DNA of 48,083 nucleotides. It comes from an uncultured Candidatus Saccharibacteria bacterium (GTDB taxonomy: Bacteria > Patescibacteriota > Minisyncoccia > Phycocordibacterales > DATDWN01). A program made the translations under genes and the position numbers. Location of the stretch: contig CAZNUU010000006.1 in NCBI GenBank assembly GCA_964576615.1, positions 1 through 48,083 on the forward strand, in the 5' to 3' direction. Shown in pieces: positions 40,484 through 47,262 of this stretch (position 1 is its first letter; the number at the start of each line of letters is the position of its first letter). The notes below the pieces were generated by a model. The model saw only the letters and a list, made by a program, of their open reading frames with translations. It made no database searches and was not told the origin of the DNA.

Positions 40484-41035
40484 TTATTTCTCCATCATTC
40501 TGGGAACCCTCCTCATTCTCTCATCCCTATAACCAAGCAGGTATTTTTTCGGATTATCATCCAGGTCTATAAAATCATCAACTGCTTCGATAAGTCTGCC
40601 AGAAGAAGCCTTACCAAAGGCCATAGCTTCAACCTGACAACCTTCATTTACCTTAAGATACTCCACCAGCGGTACGAAATCTCCGTCACCGGAAACAATG
40701 ATTACAGCGTCCAATTTTGGAGCTAATTTTATCGCATCCACTGCAAGTCCCACGTCCCAATCTGCCTTTTTTGCTCCGCCTGAAAAGATTTGAAGGTTTT
40801 TTGTCTTGGCCTCAATGCCCATCTTCTCCAACGCCTCAAAAAAGCTTTTTTCCTCACCCGACTCTGTGGTTATCACGTAAGCCACACACCTTATAATCTG
40901 TCTTCCGGCTAAACCATCTTTTACTACTTGTCCAAAATTTACTTTGCAACCATAAATGTTTTTTGCAGAGTGGTATAAGTTTTGGGTATCTATGAAAATT
41001 CCCACTCTCTGATTTTTGTGTTTAATTACTGCCAT
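40484..41035 (-). CDS. NYN domain (LabA/DUF88, PIN-like) protein
   Basis: IFIDTQNLY, KADWDVGLAVD, VSGDGDFVPL. Confidence 0.93.
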   Translation of the reverse strand: MAVIKHKNQRVGIFIDTQNLYHSAKNIYGCKVNFGQVVKDGLAGRQIIRCVAYVITTESGEEKSFFEALEKMGIEAKTKNLQIFSGGAKKADWDVGLAVDAIKLAPKLDAVIIVSGDGDFVPLVEYLKVNEGCQVEAMAFGKASSGRLIEAVDDFIDLDDNPKKYLLGYRDERMRRVPRMMEK

Positions 41036-41073
41036 AAATTATTAAAAACTAATAAATTTGCTTATAAAAATAA

Positions 41074-41139
41074 ATCCGCACACTAATTTTGCCATCGATT
41101 TTATCGTGCTCCGCACAATGGCAAATTTAGTGTGCGGAT
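41074..41139. other. Long inverted repeat with branched head upstream of the NYN gene
   Basis: ATCCGCACACTAATTTTGCCAT (41074-41095) pairs with 41118-41139 at 21/22 positions; the loop holds CGAT-TTT-ATCG and TGC-TCC-GCA hairpins. Confidence 0.75.
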
Positions 41140-41177
41140 AAAAAATTTCAATGATCGACCTCATACAAGCATATCAG

Positions 41178-41299
41178 AAAATCAATTAAATTGCTTTAGA
41201 TGCTAGGCGAAGGAGACTTTGCGAGTGAGCCTTACATTAGTAAGGTGAACGAGCAAAATTGAACTGCAACAACGCAGATGAAGTAATTTTATTGATTTT
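41178..41299. repeat. ~120 bp MITE/REP-like palindromic element at the rpsO stop
   Basis: Terminal inverted repeats 41178-41197 and 41280-41299 (17/20); central CCTTAC-ATTA-GTAAGG hairpin inside TTTGC...GCAAA. Confidence 0.55.
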
Positions 41300-41564
41300 A
41301 CTTCTTAAGACCTAGTTTTTTGACTAGTGCACCATATCTCTTAGGATTCTTCTTCTCCAAATACTTCATGTGAGTCTTTCTAGTAGCAACCATCTGTAAA
41401 AGTCCCCTTCTAGAGTGGTTATCCTTGGCATTTTTCTTTAAATGACTTGCTAGATCGTCAATTCTTTTAGTCAGAATAGCGATCTGGACTTCAGGAGAGC
41501 CAGTATCCTTGTCGTGTACTTGGACTTCTCTTACAATCTTTGATTTTTTATTCTTAGTAAGCAT
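41298..41564 (-). CDS. rpsO: 30S ribosomal protein S15
   Basis: DTGSPEVQIAILT.RI..L..HLK...KD.HSRRGLL; start ATG 41564. Confidence 0.98.
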   Translation of the reverse strand: MLTKNKKSKIVREVQVHDKDTGSPEVQIAILTKRIDDLASHLKKNAKDNHSRRGLLQMVATRKTHMKYLEKKNPKRYGALVKKLGLKK

Positions 41565-41629
41565 TGACTGCAAGATATCACAAATTTCCTTATTTTGCAA
41601 GGGTTTTCTAACTATAGTATTATTCTTTT

Positions 41630-42373
41630 ATGTTTGAAAAATATCTCAAAGATATTGGTCTAAGTGATAAAGAAGCAGCCGTCTATATTACCCTCCTTTC
41701 TTTCGATAAGGCACTTATTGCTGAAATTTCTACAAAAGCCAAGGTTAAACGTCCAACCACATACGTTATTTTGGAATCCCTTCAGAAAAAGGGTCTAGTT
41801 AGTGAAACAAATATCGGCAAAAAAACTTTTTATATGGCTGAACCCCCTGAGAAACTAGACATGTTTGTGGAAAGACAGATCCATTTGTTGGAAGAAAATA
41901 AAAAAAGCTTAGATGTAGTCATTCCCCAGCTTAAAGGAATGCAAAGAGAACAGGGGGAAAAACCTATGGTCCAATTCTATGATGGCAAAGAAGGTGTTTT
42001 AAGCTCTAATTATGATACGTTTGCCAAAAAATTTGATAGTGAGCCGGTTTATATTGTCTACTCTAGAGATTTAGTTAAAGACGTCTTTACTGAAAAAGAA
42101 TCTAAAGTTATGAGGGATAAACGAATATCTATGGGGATTAAATCTAAAGCCCTGTATAACTCCCATGAAGGTGAAAGGCCATCTGATGAAACTGGTTATA
42201 GATTAAAAATCGATGAAGCCAAGTATCCAATCAACAGTGATGTAACAATATATGGGGATCAAGTCAAAATTGCAGTTTTTGGTAAAAGAATTTCCGCAAT
42301 CTCAATTAAAAGTAAAGAATTCGCTGATACCCTCAAAAGTTTAATAAATTTTATCTTCGATAATAAAAAATAG
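41630..42373 (+). CDS. TrmB-family transcriptional regulator
   Basis: GLSDKEAAVYITLL...RPTTY.IL.SL..KGLV winged HTH plus C-terminal effector-like domain. Confidence 0.9.
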   Translation: MFEKYLKDIGLSDKEAAVYITLLSFDKALIAEISTKAKVKRPTTYVILESLQKKGLVSETNIGKKTFYMAEPPEKLDMFVERQIHLLEENKKSLDVVIPQLKGMQREQGEKPMVQFYDGKEGVLSSNYDTFAKKFDSEPVYIVYSRDLVKDVFTEKESKVMRDKRISMGIKSKALYNSHEGERPSDETGYRLKIDEAKYPINSDVTIYGDQVKIAVFGKRISAISIKSKEFADTLKSLINFIFDNKK

Positions 42374-42384
42374 AATAAATAATT

Positions 42385-42416
42385 TATGCCGTGGCGACTA
42401 TTGTCGCCACGGCATA
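42385..42416. terminator. Strong hairpin, probable terminator for convergent transcripts
   Basis: 14 bp perfect stem TATGCCGTGGCGAC-TATT-GTCGCCACGGCATA. Confidence 0.75.
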
Positions 42417-42672
42417 CGCCCACCGATCACTCTCGGATGGGTCAGAGCAGAGAAAACACTTCTTCTTGCGTCGGCGCACCACTACTGGTTCGTCGAAGTC
42501 CGAGATGATCCCTCTTTGCATCGCTTCCGGGCGGACGCAGCCCCTTTTTCAGTCGTGCATGACATTTTCTCCTCGACTCCTATCGACTGGACTGACCGCC
42601 AAGCCTTTACCCGGGGCACCAATTTCACCCCGGGCCAGCCCGCTACGCATCAGTCGTTCATAGAACCTCCTA
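42417..42672 (-). other. GC-rich short transcription unit (structured sRNA or micro-ORFs)
   Basis: Lies between a minus-strand promoter and the 42385 hairpin; GGAGG precedes ATG AAC GAC TGA; nested stems GACTGA/TCAGTC and CCCGGGG/CCCCGGG; no convincing long ORF. Confidence 0.45.
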
Positions 42673-42678
42673 CATATA

Positions 42679-42706
42679 AGTATATACCCTATCTTTTATT
42701 TGTCAA
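42679..42706 (-). promoter_or_regulatory. Sigma70-type promoter
   Basis: Minus strand TTGACA-16 nt-TATACT. Confidence 0.7.
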
Positions 42707-42848
42707 ATCCAAGTGACACAAGCATCATGGTTGTTTTAAAGAAGTCCGATTTTAATTTAAAAAGTCAGACTAAATTAATTTAATTAATCAAAATATGGCT
42801 TTAAATAAGGCCATATTTTTGTATATAATGAGAAAATGTCAAAACAAC

Positions 42849-42877
42849 TTGACAAAATAACGAAACGGGTATATACT
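42849..42877 (+). promoter_or_regulatory. Near-consensus sigma70 promoter of the large ncRNA
   Basis: TTGACA-17 nt-TATACT with AT-rich upstream sequence; predicted start about 42884. Confidence 0.85.
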
Positions 42878-42883
42878 GTCCGT

Positions 42884-44135
42884 GTAAGTTGATATGAGGT
42901 CGCTGATTCAACTGCGAGGCAACCGTCCAGATTATTATCACGGACCCGCAAATCAGTAAATTTCAGAGAACTTAAGGTTTTTTACAAGATGGAAGGGGCT
43001 AGCTAATAACTATCCTCTCCACTTAAGAAGATTTAAGAAGTCTTTTTAAGTGGGGGTGGGTAGGATGCCAAATATAACGCAGATGGGGATCTCCTAGCGT
43101 TGAGCGACGTTAGGAGTTCTGCGGGCCAGGGGCGTCGAGTACGCCAAGGCCAACCCAAAATGGGACCGGTTGGACGGAGTCCACCGTGGGCTGACGCCTC
43201 GGTTCGCTCCCGAGTGCTAGGTCCCAGTCCAATCCCATCCCCACGTTCTTTACAACATGGTGAATCCGCGAGGGCCACCATTGCTCCTAATCAGAGCCGG
43301 GATGTTATCGCAGTCCTGGGAACAGAAAATGCATACGCGGAGAGGCTAAATCCGAGAGAACAAAGAACTAGGCTAGCCACCTTAACGGCCTGTTGTGAAG
43401 TGTGTGCTTCACCTGATGAGATCAAAAGATCGAAACAGAAGTTTTTTGAAAAAAATTCCAACAATGCTCACAGAGCGTATTCGGAACTCAAATCAAACTT
43501 GAGAGTCGAATATGCTCTGGAGAGCATGACAGTCCAGCAATGGACGATTTGTCTCGGCCAGCACGTCCGAGGCAGGGTATGCCGAAAGGTAAATCCTAAT
43601 CTCCACGGAAGTGGTTATGAGTAGGGTCTACCAAACCCGAGGTCTCTTAGCCAATTTCGCTTTTCACGCTTGGCAGTGTGGAAGGAGTCAGAAGACAAGC
43701 AGATCCGAGGGAGTTGCATCCCGAAGGGTTTCTGCCGAAAGGCAGGAGCGTGCCAACGCCTGTAAGTTGGAAAGTCAGTGGCTAAGCTTAGGGGTCGCAA
43801 GCCTCTTTGTGAATGCCTCTCCCATTACTGACAAAGTGCTGCAGCAAACTTTCAAAGTTTGCCAAGGTAAAGATGGGGGAAAGTTGTGAGCGTAGGGCCA
43901 GGCCCCGTCAGGGGAAGTGAGGATTTGACCCCTCACATGCGAAAAGCCCCGGCCAGGGTGGATCGCAATAAGCTCACAATGGAGCCGCAAGGCAAATCGG
44001 GCAACCGGATACCTCATAAGGGTGCAGGTTGTGGTCAAAAGAGTGAACCGGTGGCAAACCGGTGGTAAAAGCGAGGGGTCACCCTTGCAAACTCACTCAC
44101 GGGGCGAACGTTGACCTTATGTCGCTCCACTTAGT
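42884..44135 (+). ncRNA. Large (~1.25 kb) ornate structured ncRNA with GOLLD-like 3' domain
   Basis: No credible ORF or RBS; dense helices (43646-43653/43779-43786, 43818-43825/43873-43880, 43884-43891/43972-43979, 44041-44046/44093-44098), many GNRA loops, 5'/3' end complementarity. The GOLLD assignment rests on remembered motif order and is unverified. Confidence 0.75.
43390..43438 (+). ncRNA. Type III hammerhead ribozyme, predicted cleavage after GUU (43394)
   Basis: CTGT-T, stem I GTGAAG/CTTCAC (loop TGTGTG), core CTGATGA (43413-43419), stem II GATC-AAAA-GATC, GAAA, and CAG closing stem III. Confidence 0.9.
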
Positions 44136-44174
44136 TCTTTGCTCTTCTTGAGCTACTCCCAACCAAGGTTGGGT

Positions 44175-44225
44175 TTCCGTAAAAATTTTTAACCAATCGA
44201 AGCTTGCTTGAAAATTTTTACGGGA
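44175..44225 (+). other. Long AU-rich hairpin between the ncRNA and the next gene
   Basis: TTCCGTAAAAATTTTTAA pairs with TTGAAAATTTTTACGGGA (18 bp, two GU pairs); no following U-tract. Confidence 0.6.
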
Positions 44226-44258
44226 ATAGTTCCCGGCAGTTCTTTCCAAGGAGACGTT

Positions 44259-44624
44259 ATGCGTATGAGTGTGATCGCGATTCTGTTCTTCCTTACCTTC
44301 GTCGTAACTCCGGTTCGATCGTCGGCGCAGGAACTCGCTTCGCCCGCCCCTGCCGCTTGCCACGACCCGGCGCCCATCGCCGGCCCCCGCGGCCCTGCCG
44401 GCCCCCGCGGCCCGATCGGGCTCGTGGGTCCCACCGGTCCCGCCGGTGAAGTGCCGGCCTGGTATCTGTGGGTCGTGCTCGGTGCGGCCGGTATCGCCAT
44501 TCTCGCACTCGGTCTTGCAATCGGTGCGTTGTCGAACCGGCCCGCTCCCGCGGCTCCGGCACCGGTGGTAGTCGTGAACTACCCGGGTGCCGCCCAGGCG
44601 CCTGTCGGTCCGCACGGACCGTAA
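44259..44624 (+). CDS. Small collagen-like membrane protein (signal peptide, 8 Gly-X-Y triplets, TM, Pro/Ala tail)
   Basis: RBS AAGGAG before ATG 44259; GPRGPAGPRGPIGLVGPTGPAGEV; TM WYLWVVLGAAGIAILALGLAIGAL; strongly GC-rich codons; 121 aa. Confidence 0.85.
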   Translation: MRMSVIAILFFLTFVVTPVRSSAQELASPAPAACHDPAPIAGPRGPAGPRGPIGLVGPTGPAGEVPAWYLWVVLGAAGIAILALGLAIGALSNRPAPAAPAPVVVVNYPGAAQAPVGPHGP

Positions 44625-44629
44625 GATCT

Positions 44630-45110
44630 TCCGGGAGTACCCGATCCTTGCGCGGGGAAACCGAGGCCTTCTGTGTTGGGCTTTAATACGAACACTCCTT
44701 AAACTTTGGTGGTCAAAAGTTCCGAATCTTTTGATTCGGTTTCCGTCAGAGATTTTTTAAAAAAGAAATTTCTGATGGGGAACGATGGATACACCAGGTC
44801 AAAGCAGGAGAAAGGCGTCGCGTAAGGGGTTCAAGGACCTGAGCTCGCAATGAGCCAGCGAGAAGCCCCGATACGCTGATTACCCGAGCCTCATTCCGGT
44901 AGTAATCGTTTCCCTTCAATTCGCGGTCCAGGCATGTGTGTGCAGATGCCAGAGGACTAGTAGAGTCGCCTTATAAATTCCTAAGGCGGATGATCCCGAG
45001 AGAGATCGAGGGATAACTGGATCGCTACGCGAGTGGCTAAGTCGAATTCCACAAGGAGGTGGCCCCGACTCGCAATGCCAAAGATCCAGACTGCACACGT
45101 TTTTCAGATG
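44630..45110 (+). ncRNA. Second structured non-coding region with predicted pseudoknot (family unknown)
   Basis: Helices 44722-44739, 44777-44786/44905-44914, 45017-45023/45083-45089; hairpin loop 44938-44945 is complementary to 45091-45098. Confidence 0.55.
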
Positions 45111-45118
45111 TTCTTCCA

Positions 45119-45140
45119 AAGCACCGCTCTTGCGGTGCTT
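45119..45140 (+). terminator. Hairpin ending the RNA island, overlapping the next -35
   Basis: AAGCACCGC-TCTT-GCGGTGCTT. Confidence 0.6.
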
Positions 45141-45167
45141 GACTTTATATATAATTCATGGTAGAGT
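45139..45167 (+). promoter_or_regulatory. Sigma70-type promoter
   Basis: TTGACT-17 nt-TAGAGT with extended TG. Confidence 0.6.
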
Positions 45168-45185
45168 TCGAGCAGGAGGTGCCAT

Positions 45186-45392
45186 ATGGCACAGTTTGTG
45201 ATGCTGCCGGGCATGGTTATCGTGCGGTCGTTCTCCGAGGGGGACAAAATCGTGCGGAACGTGCCGGCTCGTCGGGAAACGGAAGTCGATGCCCTGGCCC
45301 ACGCTCTCTGGCTGGATCGCCGGGGGTTTGCAGCCGAGGCCGACGCCTACCTCGACGACTACATCCGGCGCAGTGCCGGGTGCCGACACTGA
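45186..45392 (+). CDS. Small GC-rich hypothetical protein (68 aa)
   Basis: AGGAGG RBS, own promoter and terminator, GC-biased codons. Confidence 0.8.
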   Translation: MAQFVMLPGMVIVRSFSEGDKIVRNVPARRETEVDALAHALWLDRRGFAAEADAYLDDYIRRSAGCRH

Positions 45393-45408
45393 CTCGTTTC
45401 CTCAGGTT

Positions 45409-45445
45409 GACCGTCTCCCCTAAAAAAGGAGACGGTCTTTTGTTT
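45409..45445 (+). terminator. Intrinsic terminator
   Basis: GACCGTCTCC-N9-GGAGACGGTC followed by TTTTGTTT. Confidence 0.85.
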
Positions 45446-45511
45446 ATGTGAAAATATCGTGCGAGCTTTGCTTTGTATAATATTTATTGTGCGACATGCT
45501 AAAATACTTGC

Positions 45512-46420
45512 ATGTCCTCACTTAAAAATCTGAAAACTCAATTTCTGGAATACATTGAGATCGAAAAAGGACGTTCGCTCAAAACAGTTGAAAATTATGA
45601 TCACTATCTTTCTGTATTTCTGGAGTTTTTAAAAAGCGATTCCCCTTCTAGCATTACGGATGACTCGGTTAGAAATTTTAGACTTTGGCTTAACCGTAGA
45701 CCTGCTCACAAATCTGGGCAGACTGTTTCTAGGAAAACTCAAAATTATTATCTTATTGCCTTGCGAGCATTTTTGAAATATTTAGCTAGACAACAAATAA
45801 AAACATTACCAGCGGAAAGGATTGAATTGGCAAAGACATCTGAGCGGGCACTGGATTTGATTACACCCGAGGAATTAAATCGTCTACTTAACTCACCCAA
45901 GGGAAATGATTTGAGATCGCTTCGGGATAAAGCAATTCTTGAGCTTCTTTTTTCAACTGGCCTTCGCTTATCTGAACTTTGTTCCCTCACCAAAGACATC
46001 AACTTAAACTCAGATGAACTCTCTATTCGAGGTAAAGGGGGGAAAATACGAGTGGTTTTTCTTTCGGATAAGGCTAAAAAAATTATTAAAGAGTATTTGA
46101 AGGCACGCAAAGATATGGGCGAGGCACTTTTTATTCCACTTGGCTCAAAAAAGGATAAGGAATCAGAATATAAATTTTTAAACAAGAGATCTGTAGAAAG
46201 AATAGTAAAACACTATGCAGTCAAAGCTGGAATTTCCAAAAAAGTTACGCCCCACACCATGCGTCACATGTTTGCAACTGATTTGCTTTCAAATGGTGCA
46301 GATTTACGTTCAGTGCAGGCCCTGTTGGGTCATTCCAGCATTGTTACAACTCAAATTTATACTCACGTTACCGATAAACATCTTCGCGAAGTTCACAAAA
46401 AATTTCACAACAAGAATTAG
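45512..46420 (+). CDS. XerC/XerD-family tyrosine recombinase
   Basis: TGLRLSEL, GKGGK.R, TPHTMRH.FAT.LL.NGADLRSVQ.LLGH....TTQIYTH. Confidence 0.96.
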   Translation: MSSLKNLKTQFLEYIEIEKGRSLKTVENYDHYLSVFLEFLKSDSPSSITDDSVRNFRLWLNRRPAHKSGQTVSRKTQNYYLIALRAFLKYLARQQIKTLPAERIELAKTSERALDLITPEELNRLLNSPKGNDLRSLRDKAILELLFSTGLRLSELCSLTKDINLNSDELSIRGKGGKIRVVFLSDKAKKIIKEYLKARKDMGEALFIPLGSKKDKESEYKFLNKRSVERIVKHYAVKAGISKKVTPHTMRHMFATDLLSNGADLRSVQALLGHSSIVTTQIYTHVTDKHLREVHKKFHNKN

Positions 46421-46482
46421 TTGACATTTCGAAATTTTAAGATATGGTATTTTAAGATAAATCTTTAGCGAAAGGGCTAAAA

Positions 46483-47091
46483 ATGCTAAGAACTTTGTCA
46501 GAGCAGGAGAGGCAAGCAGTCGAGTATTACGACTATGAAATCAGAGAGCGAATTCTGTGGGATACCCAGATATGGCTCGATGATTTCATGCATTCCATCT
46601 TCTGGCGGCTCGCCGAGTCAGGCGGGACCGTAATCGACGTGGGCTGCAACATGGGCCGAGCAATTCCCCTCTTTGAACAGATGGGGGTGAAGGGGTACTT
46701 CGGCATCGATCCATCCGTGGAGTCGGTGAAGTACTGCCGGGAGAATTTTCCCAAGTACTCGTTTGAAGAGGACGAAATCCGAACCATTGGCGAGAACTAT
46801 CCCAACAGGTTCGGCGGTTTCTTTCTCGCTTGCGTCTTGATGCATCTTCCTCGAAAGGATATGGCAGTTGCTATCAAGTCGCTTCGGGTCTCTCTCAAGG
46901 CAGGTTCTCCCGGTATGTTCTCAACTCCCGCTGGGAAAACAGAAACAGATGAGGTTGAGAACAAGTCTGGCATGAAGCTCACACTTCTGACCCCGGAGGA
47001 GGTGTACGGATTCTTTGCACAGAATGGATTTGAGGTTAGTTCTCTGGAAGTCGTCGCGGGGATGCTTCTTGGCCATGTAGTTGCTGTTTAG
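46483..47091 (+). CDS. Class I SAM-dependent methyltransferase
   Basis: VIDVGCNMG, GIDPS and VLMHL motifs. Confidence 0.9.
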   Translation: MLRTLSEQERQAVEYYDYEIRERILWDTQIWLDDFMHSIFWRLAESGGTVIDVGCNMGRAIPLFEQMGVKGYFGIDPSVESVKYCRENFPKYSFEEDEIRTIGENYPNRFGGFFLACVLMHLPRKDMAVAIKSLRVSLKAGSPGMFSTPAGKTETDEVENKSGMKLTLLTPEEVYGFFAQNGFEVSSLEVVAGMLLGHVVAV

Positions 47092-47108
47092 CTTCTTTCG
47101 ACCGAGTG

Positions 47109-47140
47109 ATCCGCCCCAAAGTTGGGGCGGATTTCTTTTT
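47109..47140 (+). terminator. Intrinsic terminator
   Basis: ATCCGCCCC-AAAGTT-GGGGCGGAT followed by a T-rich tract. Confidence 0.85.
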
Positions 47141-47191
47141 ATTTCAATTATTGTATGCTTGATGTAAGAAGAATTTTACAATAAAAATTAG

Positions 47192-47219
47192 TTGACATTT
47201 TATAATTATGTGATATTCT
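47192..47219 (+). promoter_or_regulatory. Sigma70-type promoter
   Basis: TTGACA-16 nt-TATTCT. Confidence 0.6.
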
Positions 47220-47262
47220 GCGAATAGAAAGGATTCCGCGTCATGCGGAATTTGGTGATTTT

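Noticed and set aside
42482-42661. TGA read-through (selenocysteine or code 25) giving a ~59 aa protein from ATG 42661
   Set aside because: TGA is a normal stop in this window (comM, VirB6-like gene), no sel genes are visible and the product has no recognisable motif.
43033-44068. ORF-track proteins 43100-43624, 43611-43889, 43775-44038 and neighbours
   Set aside because: Mostly TTG/GTG starts without RBS, unnatural composition, and the sequence is better explained by RNA helices with GU pairs and GNRA loops.
44097-44686. Alternative overlapping ORFs around the collagen-like gene
   Set aside because: GC-rich shadow frames; only the frame from ATG 44259 has an RBS and coherent signal/collagen/TM architecture.
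44957-45020. Possible second hammerhead (GGATGA-TCCC...GGGA-TAAC)
   Set aside because: Lacks both CUGANGA and GAAA core sequences.
42884-45110. RNase P RNA, tmRNA, SRP RNA, rRNA or group I/II intron
   Set aside because: I did not find their hallmark motifs (GAGGAAAGUC, tRNA-Ala-like ends with CCA, SRP domain IV, intron domain V), and there is no interrupted host gene.
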